Positions 18,778 to 28,397 of a stretch of 59,999 nt of DNA are shown here, piece by piece. The position numbers and the translations under genes are program-made. Where the stretch lies: contig JBGAJQ010000030.1 of NCBI GenBank assembly GCA_044224875.1, forward strand, positions 1 to 59,999, in the 5' to 3' direction. The notes below the pieces were generated by a model, which did not search any database, was not told the origin of the DNA, and saw only the letters and a list, made by a program, of their open reading frames with translations. Each line of letters opens with the position of its first letter. Position 1 is the stretch's first letter. This DNA comes from Gemmatimonadaceae bacterium. Its GTDB lineage: Bacteria > Gemmatimonadota > Gemmatimonadetes > Gemmatimonadales > Gemmatimonadaceae.

Positions 18778-19188
18778 ATGGCGACCACGCATGTCCTGTT
18801 CGTGTGTTTGCATGGCTCGGCCAAGAGCGTGATCGCCGCTGCCTGGTTGGAGCGGTTGGCGCGAGAGCGCGGGATGGAGGTGTCGAGCACGTCGGCTGGC
18901 ATCGAGCCGGATGATGTCCTGCCACCCCACGTCATCGAAGGACTGCGCGACGATGGATTCGAGACGCAGGGCGTGACGCCGCGGAAGGCCACGGCGGCTC
19001 AGGTTGCCGCAGCTCCGACGGTGGTCAGTTTTGGCTGCGCGTTGCCCGGGTCTCGAAGCGCAAACGAGATATGGAGCGAGATCCCCCAGGTGAGCGATGG
19101 CTACCAGACCGCCCGCGACGCCATTGTGCGCCGGTTGCACGCGTTCCTCGACCAGCGCCAACTCGCGAAAGGGACGGGAACGCACTAG
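18778..19188 (+). CDS. LMW-PTP / ArsC-fold protein with variant P-loop
   Basis: VLFVCLHGSAKSVIAAA (CX5K in place of CX5R), SAGIEPD; AGGAG RBS. Confidence 0.82.
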   Translation: MATTHVLFVCLHGSAKSVIAAAWLERLARERGMEVSSTSAGIEPDDVLPPHVIEGLRDDGFETQGVTPRKATAAQVAAAPTVVSFGCALPGSRSANEIWSEIPQVSDGYQTARDAIVRRLHAFLDQRQLAKGTGTH

Positions 19189-19263
19189 CATTCGCCATGC
19201 GGCGCCTGGCCGTGCGAGAATACCGCCTAACGTGCTACGCCCCTAGACTTCCAAGAGGAAATT

Positions 19264-20160
19264 ATGCGCTGGACGCGAAGACTTCTGGCCGCGCTCCCTC
19301 TGTTTGGCGCGATAACGTCGGCAGCGACGGCTCAGCAACCGGTCGACTGGAAGGCGGTCGACGCCGCTATCGGACGTCCAGCGGTGCAACAGCCGGGCGA
19401 CGTCTATCGATACAACTTTCCGCGCGGTGACCTGCGCGTCGTCGTTGCGGGAGTGACCCTTCGACCAGCGCTGGCCCTCGGTGGCTGGATCGCCATGAAG
19501 GCGACGGCCGACGGCGTCGTCGCCATGGGTGACCTGGTGCTCACCGATGACGAGGTGGCGCCGGTCCTGTCCATTCTCCAAGCTGGCGGTGTGGAGCAAA
19601 CCGCCGTCCACCATCATGTGCTCCACGAATCCCCCCGCGTGATCTACATGCACGTGCATGCGCACGGGGACGCGACCGCCATCGCCCGCACGATCCATGA
19701 TGCCGTCGCGGCCACCAAGGCGCCGCCACTGGCCCCACCGTCAGCGGCAACTGGAGAGTTCGGGATCGACACCGCGGCCGTGGCGAAGGCGCTGGGGTAT
19801 GCAGGACGCGTGAACGGCGGGGTGTACCAGGTGAGCGTACCGCGATCGGAAACGATCCACGATGGCACCTTCGAGATTCCGCCGTCGATGGGGCTCGGCA
19901 CGGTGCTCAACTTCCAGCCGACGGGTGAGGGCAAGGCGGCGATCACCGGAGACTTCGTGATGGTGGCCAGCGAGGTGAACGCGGTGATTCGCGCCCTCCG
20001 CGCCGGCGGCATCGAGGTCACCGCCCTGCACAATCACATGCTCACCGAAGAACCGCGACTGTTCTTCATGCACTTCTGGGCCAATGACGACGCGGTGAAG
20101 CTCGCGCGTACCTTGCGCAGCGCACTGGAGAAGACCAACTCGAAGAAGCCCGCGACGTGA
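19264..20160 (+). CDS. Secreted tandem DUF1259 (LppY/LpqO-like) protein
   Basis: Signal peptide; two repeats GD.V....EV..V...L..GG.E.TA.H.H.L.E.PR..(Y/F)MH. Confidence 0.85.
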   Translation: MRWTRRLLAALPLFGAITSAATAQQPVDWKAVDAAIGRPAVQQPGDVYRYNFPRGDLRVVVAGVTLRPALALGGWIAMKATADGVVAMGDLVLTDDEVAPVLSILQAGGVEQTAVHHHVLHESPRVIYMHVHAHGDATAIARTIHDAVAATKAPPLAPPSAATGEFGIDTAAVAKALGYAGRVNGGVYQVSVPRSETIHDGTFEIPPSMGLGTVLNFQPTGEGKAAITGDFVMVASEVNAVIRALRAGGIEVTALHNHMLTEEPRLFFMHFWANDDAVKLARTLRSALEKTNSKKPAT

Positions 20161-20423
20161 GTTCTGCACGTCGGGTCCACCGGCCGCGGCACGACGGTCT
20201 GATTGAACGGGTCGCCGGATCTTCAGCTCAACAGTTGCGGGCAATACGATAGTGAGAGTTCATCGCGGGACCAGCACGCGGTTGCGATGTACCTCCCGAC
20301 CGGTGTGGCGCCGTCGCCTCATCAGCGCGCGATCGCAAGAGATGCAGTAGCTTCTCCTCACACCAGACTGTTCTTTCCCGTCGACATGAGCGCAGCTGGC
20401 GACAGGTGCCTCTCAGGAGCGGC

Positions 20424-22319
20424 ATGTTCCAACTGGCCATTCTTCTCGGCTGCATCGTGTGCTCGACCGGTTCCCGTCACCCGGCCGCAACGGCACTGCT
20501 CGCCGACCACGTGCAGGCGAACGACAACCGGACGAGTGCTGGGATCCTTCGCGATGGTGTGCTGACCGTCAGGCTCGACGCGGGCGAGGGCGAATGGCAT
20601 CCCGATCGGGACTCGGCCCCTGGTCTGCGGATACGAGCATTTCGCGAGGAGGGCAAGCCGCTGCTCGTCCCGGGGCCCCTGCTCCGCGTACCCGAGGGTG
20701 CGGAGATTCATGCGTTCATCGGGAACAGTCTGCGCGATAGCACACTGATCGTGTACGGACTCTCGACGCGGGGCACCATGACGCCTGCGTCGGCCGATAC
20801 GCTTCAGGTTCAACCGGGCGCCGTTCGCGAAGTCCGCTTCTCGGCGGGCGTCGCCGGCACGTACTACTACTGGGGCACCACCCATGCCGGCGCGTTAGGC
20901 GCGCGGTCGCCGGCGGATGCGGAGTTGAGCGGCGCCTTCATCGTGGACCCGCGGGGCACAACCGGAGCACCAGGCGACCGGGTGCTCGTCATCTCCTTGT
21001 GGACGCCGGTACAGCGGCCTGGTGGACTGGTTCAGGAGGCCGACCTGCTCCGCTTGACGATCAACGGCAAGGCCTGGCCGAACACGGAGCGCCTGGCCTA
21101 CACGGTGGGCGACTCCGTACGCTTTCGTATCATCAACACGAGCGCCGCCGTTCACCCGATGCACCTGCATGGGTTTTACTTCAACGTGGACGGTCGTGGC
21201 GATGGCACGCGCGACAGCGTATTTGGGGCCGCCAGCTCAAAACACCTGGTGGTAACGGAGCGTGTGGCGCCCGGCCGGACCTTCGCCATGTCCTGGGTGC
21301 CGGAGCGTGATGGCAATTGGTTGTTCCACTGCCACGACAACTACCACATCCTTCGCAATCCGCCCCTGGATGGTTCGCCGCGTCCGCCCGGACACCTGCA
21401 ACATGTGGCGAACCACGCCGAGGAGATGATGGGCGGGTTGGTGATGGGCATCGAAGTGCGCCCGCGGTCACAGACGGCGGCCAATTCGGGCTCGACGTCG
21501 AAGGTGCGTGCGCTTCGTCTCATCGCGCGAGTAGACACCGGTGGCACGGACGCCAATCCCTACTACGGCTATGAACTGCAGGACCCCGCGGCCCCGGCGC
21601 ACTCCCCTGCGTCACTGCTCCCCGGTCCCACAATAGTCGTTAGGCGTGGGGAACCGGTGGGCATCACCGTGGTCAACGCGCTCGCGGAGCCGACCGCCGT
21701 GCATTGGCACGGGATCGAGCTCGACAGCTACTACGACGGCGTGGCGGGCTTTGCTGGACGGCCGGGGCACATTGCCCCCGTCATCGCGCCAGGAGACTCA
21801 TTCGTGGCACGGTTCACACCGCCTCGCGCCGGCTCATTCATGTATCATCCGCACGCGGACGAGTTGCGACAACAGCAGGCCGGACTCTCAGGTGCACTGC
21901 TCGTCATCGACCCCGGGGCCACGTACGATCCGACGCACGACATTGTCCTGCTCCTCTCTACGCCGCGGCTGCGCAACGACAGTGATTTCGTCTTGATCAA
22001 CGGTCAGAAGTCACCCGCTCCCCTGGAGCTGAAACGTGGCGAGCGCTACCGGTTCCGCGTGCTGGACATCCACACGTTTCGGCCGAGCATGATCGCACGA
22101 CTGCAGCAGGACTCGGTGCTCGTCAAATGGCGAGCGGTTGCCAAGGACGGAATGGACCTGCCCGCCGATCAGGCGACGATGCGACCAGCCGTGCAGCAGA
22201 TGGGAAACGGTGAGACGTATGACTTTGAGTTCACGCCCTCTGACGTGGTGGATCTTCGGCTCAACATCCTGTCGGGAGTTGGCGCACTGCTCGTTTCCAT
22301 GCCGATTCGTGTGAGGTAG
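20424..22319 (+). CDS. Multicopper oxidase-like protein, four cupredoxin domains
   Basis: HPMHLHG, WLFHCH..YH, VHWHG and FMYHPH copper motifs; signal-like N-terminus. Start is ATG 20424 or GTG 20406. Confidence 0.9.
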   Translation: MFQLAILLGCIVCSTGSRHPAATALLADHVQANDNRTSAGILRDGVLTVRLDAGEGEWHPDRDSAPGLRIRAFREEGKPLLVPGPLLRVPEGAEIHAFIGNSLRDSTLIVYGLSTRGTMTPASADTLQVQPGAVREVRFSAGVAGTYYYWGTTHAGALGARSPADAELSGAFIVDPRGTTGAPGDRVLVISLWTPVQRPGGLVQEADLLRLTINGKAWPNTERLAYTVGDSVRFRIINTSAAVHPMHLHGFYFNVDGRGDGTRDSVFGAASSKHLVVTERVAPGRTFAMSWVPERDGNWLFHCHDNYHILRNPPLDGSPRPPGHLQHVANHAEEMMGGLVMGIEVRPRSQTAANSGSTSKVRALRLIARVDTGGTDANPYYGYELQDPAAPAHSPASLLPGPTIVVRRGEPVGITVVNALAEPTAVHWHGIELDSYYDGVAGFAGRPGHIAPVIAPGDSFVARFTPPRAGSFMYHPHADELRQQQAGLSGALLVIDPGATYDPTHDIVLLLSTPRLRNDSDFVLINGQKSPAPLELKRGERYRFRVLDIHTFRPSMIARLQQDSVLVKWRAVAKDGMDLPADQATMRPAVQQMGNGETYDFEFTPSDVVDLRLNILSGVGALLVSMPIRVR

Positions 22320-22479
22320 TCTGAACACGCGCGTGCCCCTCGGACGAGTGTCGCACAACGCTACGCGCTGGACCTATCACCATCGGCGTTGCGTATTGGC
22401 CGTGGGTCTCGGCATGCTCGCCGCCGAAGGCTGTGAGCAGGACCTCCGACAGCCCAAACATTGGTGGAACGCGTGACAG

Positions 22480-22814
22480 GGCATGCCGTGCTCGATCCGG
22501 AGGGCGCGTGTGGTCGTCTACGACCAAGGAAGCGACTCGATCGTCGCCGTGGAGGACCGCAGCCTTCCTGATCACCCGATCGAGGGCCGGCGGGTGCGAC
22601 TGGGGTACGGTTCTGGGGCTCGGCGCGGATGGCTGGTGGCGAGTTGTATCTGGCGGAGGCCCACCTGAGCGGGAGCGCGTTGCAGCTCACGCTCACCCTG
22701 CCCGGGAGTGCCAAGTCGACCGGCGTCGCGGGATCATTCGATGGGACGGGGCTGAGCCTGAACGTGCCGGGCACCGGCGCCCGCGTTCGATACCAGCATA
22801 GCGCGGCGCGGTAG
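22480..22814 (+). pseudogene. Deleted, mosaic remnant of a paralog of the 14192-15400 lipoprotein
   Basis: Collinear fragments HAVLDP, ARVVVYDQGSDSIVAVEDRS, DHPIE, then the 140-bp identical block and a diverged C-terminus (GVAGSFDG...RYQHSAAR*). Confidence 0.82.
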
Positions 22815-22839
22815 GACGCAAGCGCACCCCGACGCTCAC

Positions 22840-25800
22840 CTACTCGCGCATCGTACCTCGACGCGCCTGACGATACACACTGGGCGACTCCCCATAGCGT
22901 TCACGGAACGACACGCTGAAGTGGGGCACGCTCTTGAAGCCGACACCATAAGCGACCTCGCTCACGGTGATCGACGTCTCGGCCAACCACTGCGCGGCCT
23001 GCGCGAGCCGGTATTCGCGCAGGGCATCGAGCGGAGACATTCCGAGCAGGGGCGGGATCTTGCGATAGAGCGTCGTTCGTCCCATGCCCATCGCCGACGA
23101 CAGCTGCTGCACATCGAAGTCCGGGTCCGCCAGGTGCGCCGCGAATTCCTTCGAGAGCCGTTCGACCAACGCTGCTTCGCTGGCGTCACGAGGGGGAACG
23201 GCCAGCGGAAGACGAATCATCGGGAGTTGCTGGTCCATCGCTCGCAGGCGTTCGCGTACGTGCCGCCGCGACGCAATGAGGTTCTCGGCGCGTATCACCA
23301 ACTCCGTCAGATCCACCGGTTTGGTCAGGTAGTCGTCAGCTCCAAGCGCGAGGCCAGCGAGGCGGGATTCGCGTGACGCTCTGGCGGTGAGCAGAATGAC
23401 CGGGATGAAGTCGGTCTCGACGTCGCCCTTCACCGCCTCGCAGAGCGCCTGCCCGTCCATGTCGGGCATCATGATGTCGCTCACGATCAGATCGGGGACA
23501 TGGGTGCGCGCCATCTCCAGGCCGCGCAGGCCGTTTTCGGCCACCAGCACGCGGAAGCGGTCGGCGAGATGTTCACGCAGATATTCGAGCAGCTCGGCGT
23601 TGTCCTCCACGAGCAGAACCGTCACGGCGTCCGCCGCCACGTCGCGCGGGCGTGGCTGTGGACGCGGGTCGTCCTGGGTCGGCTCGTCAGCCGTGATCGG
23701 CCGGCGTCGCTCGGCACCGCTCCGGACGTTCCCTGGCGCCAGGGGTAATCGCACGCTGAAGCGACTTCCGACGCCCAGCGTGCTCGTCAGATGCACCGTT
23801 CCCCCGTGCAGCTCGACCAGCTCGCGAACCAGGGCGAGGCCGATGCCGGTGCCGTCGTGCGAGCGGCTCGGGGAGTCGTCCACCTGAAAGAACCGCTCGA
23901 AGACGCGCTGCTGAAACTCCATTGGGATGCCGGGGCCCGTGTCGACGACCTCGATGACAGCCACGGTCTCGTCCGTTCCATCGGTCGAGGCGAGCAGCTC
24001 CACCGAGCCGCCTCGCGGGGTGAATTTGAGCGCATTGCCGACGAGGTTGCCCACGATCTTCTCCATCAGATCCGCATCGTACGACACGGTGAGGCCGGCG
24101 ACCGGGCAGGAGAGGCGGAAGTCGATGCCGTTGCGCTCAGCCATCGACGAGAACGAGTCGGCCATGCGCCGCAGGAGCGGGACCAGGTCCTGGACGCGCG
24201 CCGTCAGCTTCAAGGCTCCGGACTGCAGGCGGGCGATGTCGAGCAGCTGGTCGACCAGCCGCAGCAGCCGTTGCGCGTTGTTCTGCACGCCGTCGAGCCG
24301 CCGCATTGCCGCGGTGCTCAGGGGGCCGAAACGCCCCTGTTGCAGGTCCTCCACCGGACCGACGATTAGCGACAACGGCGTCCGGAACTCGTGGCTGACG
24401 TTGGCGAAGAAGCGGGACTTGGTTTCGTCCAGCGTTCGGAGCTCGGCCGCCTGCGCGCCGACCGTGTCCAGGGCCTGCGCCAGTTGCGCGGTGCGTTCGT
24501 TCACGGCTTGCGTCAGGACGGTCGCGCGACGCCGCAGCACGCGCTCACGGAACCGCATCGCCGCCCAAATGGCCGCAACGCCTGCCGTCAGCAGCAACAG
24601 GTAAAAGACCGGTGTCTCGGCGAAATACGCAGGGACCTCGAACTGGAGTGTTGCGTCCACTTGCGACGATACACCGGCCGCGCTGATCGCGCGTACCCGG
24701 AACGTATGCGTGCCGGGGCCCACGTCGTTGTATTGCGCCTCGCGGGCTTGGTCGGCGTCGATCCAGTCGGGGTCCACGTCGTCGATACGATACTGGTACC
24801 GCACGGCGTCCGCGTTCCGCATGATGACGGCGGCGTAGCGTACCGTCAGCCGGCGGGCCCCACGCGTCAAGTGCTGCGTCGATGTCGACCACGCTAGCGA
24901 ATCGCGGGCCGTGATCACCTCGTTGATGCGAATCGCCGGCACCACCGAGTCGAGCGCAAGCGCCCGCCGCGGATCGACGATGATTTCGCCGGCGATCGTC
25001 GGCAGCCACAACCGGCCCTCGTCGTCACGCGCACCCGGGTACCCAGCGGTCTCGGGCACCTGCAGCCCATCACTCTTGCCGTAGCCCACGCCATTCACTC
25101 GGGTGCGCGTCCCCGCGACTAATTCCGACGCCTCACGCTGCGACACACGATGAACGCTTCGGTTTCCTCCCATCCAGAAGTTGCCCGCATCGTCGCTCAG
25201 GAGGCTCGTCACGACGTTCTCTGCCAGACCATCGGCGGTCGTGATCGCTCGAACGTGTGCGTCCTTCAGGGATACCAGTCCGGCGCCGTAGGTCCCGACC
25301 CATACGCTGCCGTCGTCCATCGCCCGCACCACACGCGGTTCGGCGTCGGGAAGCCCCTCGGCCGGACCGAACGTCCTGATCCGCGTGCCGGACACGTGCA
25401 CGAGCGGTGACGAGGCGTCGGGCCTCGCCACCGTGGCCCAGACGCTGCCGTCGGCAGCCGCCGAGATGGAAGTGACTAAGCCGCCCACCGCCACGGAATC
25501 GGTAGCGCGACGCGAACCGGACTTGGAGGCAATGGTGCGAAAGAGGTAGCGCGGGGTCGCGTACCACAACACGTCGGGAAAGTTGGGATGCTCGGCGAAC
25601 GCAAAGGCCGCCCCGTGTGGAAGCACCCGCTCGGGAGCGCCGATGACGGCCCCCGTCGGCTTCAACTGAGAAGCGTCGCCGCCAACGGGGCTCCACCACA
25701 CCACGCCGCGACCGTCGCGGTGGCCTCGGCTGAGCCAGAGGTCCTCACGCGGGCTCAGTACCCGGGGTGGGTCGTTCGTCGTCACGACGATGACGCGGCC

Positions 25801-26820
25801 GGCCGAGTCCCAGCGAAGGACCGACCCCGCCAGCCACGGCTCGAACAGATCCGGTCTCCGCGAAGCGTTCGTGGTCTCGCGAAACGCCGAAGGGCAGATC
25901 CGTCGCAGCGCCAGTCCGGATTCCCAGATACAACCGGCCGCCCCCTCGAACAGGTTTCCGAGCCTACTCCTTCTCGTCAGGACAGCGACTGGTCTGTCCT
26001 TCCCGCGTTCATAGACCTCGTACGAGACGTCGGTCGCGACCCACAAGCGGCCGTCGCGGTCCACCAGCTGCGGGCGCCTCCCCGTCCTCGCCGGATACGT
26101 CGCTACCGTCGTTCCGCTCGCATCCACCACGACGTCTCTTTCGCCGCGCGTCAGCACGCGCAGCGCGCGTCCCGTGGCGTGCGACACCAGGACCGCCCAC
26201 GGCGCCAGAGTTGGCAGCGGTTCGGCGGCGTGGCGGTCGACTCTCTGCAGCATGAGCGCGGAGTCCACCACCCACAGGGCGCCCTGCCCATCCCGTACCA
26301 GTCGCGGCGCGTCGGTGTCGGTCGAATCGACGTTGTAGCCGACGGGCTCCCACTCGCCACGATCGCGACGCAGGCGCACGATGTCGGGCTTTCGAATGGC
26401 GTAGAGTGTGCCTTGCGCGTCCTGTGCGATGCGGGAGACCGGCCGCGGATTCGGCGGGGCGACCTGCGTGACCGTGCCATTCACCATGGCCAGGACGGCA
26501 TTCCCCTGGTCCAGAACCCAGAGGGTGTCGCCCAACCCGGCATCAATGCGCAGGATCCTCCGTCGCAACAGGGGCGCGTTCGCGAAGGTGTACGCGCGAA
26601 ACTCCTTGCCGTCGAAGCGAGACAGCAGCCCGCCAGCCACAATCCAAAGGAATCCGTCCCTCGTCTGGGCGACCTCGGTCACCGCCTGGCTGGGCAGCCC
26701 GTCCTCGGTCGTGAAATACCGTTCCGTGTAGGGGAGCGACGCCTGAGCCCCGGCTGGCGGCGCAACCGCCGCGAAGCAAAACAGGAAGGTGCCAAGGGCA
26801 CGACGGCTCGTGGACCGCAT
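22840..26820 (-). CDS. Hybrid two-component sensor: propeller/Y_Y_Y - HisKA - HATPase - REC - AraC HTH
   Basis: TTEDGLPS and YGKSDGL repeats, FFANVSHEFRTPL, NALKFT, GTGIGL, SDIMMPDMDG, SEVAYGVGFKSVPHFS. Confidence 0.95.
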   Translation of the reverse strand: MRSTSRRALGTFLFCFAAVAPPAGAQASLPYTERYFTTEDGLPSQAVTEVAQTRDGFLWIVAGGLLSRFDGKEFRAYTFANAPLLRRRILRIDAGLGDTLWVLDQGNAVLAMVNGTVTQVAPPNPRPVSRIAQDAQGTLYAIRKPDIVRLRRDRGEWEPVGYNVDSTDTDAPRLVRDGQGALWVVDSALMLQRVDRHAAEPLPTLAPWAVLVSHATGRALRVLTRGERDVVVDASGTTVATYPARTGRRPQLVDRDGRLWVATDVSYEVYERGKDRPVAVLTRRSRLGNLFEGAAGCIWESGLALRRICPSAFRETTNASRRPDLFEPWLAGSVLRWDSAGRVIVVTTNDPPRVLSPREDLWLSRGHRDGRGVVWWSPVGGDASQLKPTGAVIGAPERVLPHGAAFAFAEHPNFPDVLWYATPRYLFRTIASKSGSRRATDSVAVGGLVTSISAAADGSVWATVARPDASSPLVHVSGTRIRTFGPAEGLPDAEPRVVRAMDDGSVWVGTYGAGLVSLKDAHVRAITTADGLAENVVTSLLSDDAGNFWMGGNRSVHRVSQREASELVAGTRTRVNGVGYGKSDGLQVPETAGYPGARDDEGRLWLPTIAGEIIVDPRRALALDSVVPAIRINEVITARDSLAWSTSTQHLTRGARRLTVRYAAVIMRNADAVRYQYRIDDVDPDWIDADQAREAQYNDVGPGTHTFRVRAISAAGVSSQVDATLQFEVPAYFAETPVFYLLLLTAGVAAIWAAMRFRERVLRRRATVLTQAVNERTAQLAQALDTVGAQAAELRTLDETKSRFFANVSHEFRTPLSLIVGPVEDLQQGRFGPLSTAAMRRLDGVQNNAQRLLRLVDQLLDIARLQSGALKLTARVQDLVPLLRRMADSFSSMAERNGIDFRLSCPVAGLTVSYDADLMEKIVGNLVGNALKFTPRGGSVELLASTDGTDETVAVIEVVDTGPGIPMEFQQRVFERFFQVDDSPSRSHDGTGIGLALVRELVELHGGTVHLTSTLGVGSRFSVRLPLAPGNVRSGAERRRPITADEPTQDDPRPQPRPRDVAADAVTVLLVEDNAELLEYLREHLADRFRVLVAENGLRGLEMARTHVPDLIVSDIMMPDMDGQALCEAVKGDVETDFIPVILLTARASRESRLAGLALGADDYLTKPVDLTELVIRAENLIASRRHVRERLRAMDQQLPMIRLPLAVPPRDASEAALVERLSKEFAAHLADPDFDVQQLSSAMGMGRTTLYRKIPPLLGMSPLDALREYRLAQAAQWLAETSITVSEVAYGVGFKSVPHFSVSFRERYGESPSVYRQARRGTMRE

Positions 26821-27102
26821 GGGCGGTGAATATAGGAGTCGGCGGCTCAACCATCCCGGCCACACGATCGCTGGCGTTCCAGAACCTTGTCGCTGCGTTC
26901 CAAGGGACGATGGGACAAGGGATTGGGATGCCTCGCTCTCACCTTCCCGCCTAGTAATCCTCACCCTGTAAAGCGACGTCGCCGACGGCATTTCCGAAGG
27001 GCGGATCGGACTTCGGCGGCTATGCCAGTGGTCATTCGCGGTCGCATTCGCGAGGACCACCCTTCAACGGTCGGGCCACCTCGTCACCACTGGGAGCGTC
27101 GA

Positions 27103-28275
27103 ATGCGCGAACAAAGGAGCGATCATCCATTTCGAAGGGACCGACGACTGCACAGCGTGCTCTCGCTGGGAGTGCTGCTCCTCGCGGCGTGCGTGGACGA
27201 GGGCCCCACCGCGCCGGCCGTTGCTGGCGTGCCCGCGGCCGCAAGGTCAGAAGGAGTGCAGGCAGGTGCACCTGTTCTGGGGAATCGCCTGGCGTACCTC
27301 TGGGCGCAGACGGCGTCGCCGCCGCTCGGCACCCCCTACGCCCCTGACAAGCAGCGGAACTACAACGGGTTGGGGCTGGCGAACCAGGTCAGAAGGACCG
27401 CTACCGGCGCCTACTTGGTGACGTTAGGCGGGATGGCCAAAGGCGCGACCGGCAAGGAAACGTTCATCGTGACGGCGTACGCACAGACCAAGGTGCGATG
27501 CTTCATTGCTGGGTGGGGAGATTCCGGTGCCAATCTCAATGTGGGCATCGGTTGCGTCGACTTTGCCGGAGTCCCGGTGGACGCGAGGTTCAGTTTGCTG
27601 ATGGTGGGGGAGAACTCGCTGGCCGGACGGCTCGCGTTCGCGTGGGCCAATGATCCAACATCGCCGCAATACACCCCGGATCCTAGTTACTCGTGGAACG
27701 CTCCGGGTAACCCCATCACGATCATCGCGCCAGGCCAAGGTACGTACCTGCTCGACCTCGACGTACCTGGGCCTGGTGCAGGGCAAGACACGTACTTGGT
27801 CTCCGCATATGGGATCCCTGATGCGATGTGCACACTTACTGGCTGGGTTCCAGGCAGCGGCCGCGTGGGCGTCGCGTGTTTTGATGGCACGGGCACACTG
27901 TCGGATCGGACGTTCGACGTTCTCAAGGTCGAACAGGGCCGTCCTGGCATGCGCCTCGGTTACGCTGTCGCCGACCAAGAGACCAGAACCACGCCATACA
28001 CACCCGATCCGACCCACTCCTTCTCGACTGGCGGTGCGATCACGATCACCAGGACGCAGAAGGGCGTGTATACGGTCGACTTCGTTGGGCTCCAGAAACC
28101 GATCTCCACGCGGACCGAGAACGTACAGGTCTCGCCCTACCAGTTAAGCGGATCGTGCTCAGTCCCGGCTTGGCCGAAGACGCCGTCGGGGAATGGGCTG
28201 CGCGTGTGGGTGGTTTGTCGAAACCCGGCAGGCCAAGTCGCCGACATGCGCTTCAACGTGCTGGTACTGGAGTAG
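27103..28275 (+). CDS. Lipoprotein with three internal Cys-pair repeats (paralog 1)
   Basis: Lipobox LLLAAC; three repeats beginning RLAYLWA, RLAFAWA and RLGYAVA. Confidence 0.85.
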   Translation: MREQRSDHPFRRDRRLHSVLSLGVLLLAACVDEGPTAPAVAGVPAAARSEGVQAGAPVLGNRLAYLWAQTASPPLGTPYAPDKQRNYNGLGLANQVRRTATGAYLVTLGGMAKGATGKETFIVTAYAQTKVRCFIAGWGDSGANLNVGIGCVDFAGVPVDARFSLLMVGENSLAGRLAFAWANDPTSPQYTPDPSYSWNAPGNPITIIAPGQGTYLLDLDVPGPGAGQDTYLVSAYGIPDAMCTLTGWVPGSGRVGVACFDGTGTLSDRTFDVLKVEQGRPGMRLGYAVADQETRTTPYTPDPTHSFSTGGAITITRTQKGVYTVDFVGLQKPISTRTENVQVSPYQLSGSCSVPAWPKTPSGNGLRVWVVCRNPAGQVADMRFNVLVLE

Positions 28276-28397
28276 CGCACACCAGTGATGAGAACTCACG
28301 CGCACCAGCGCACGTGCCTCTTGGCGTGAAGTGAAGCCGCCAACCCACCCGCTTTTCATTCATCAGGCCACGCATTCGTCACCACTCGGAGACCACT

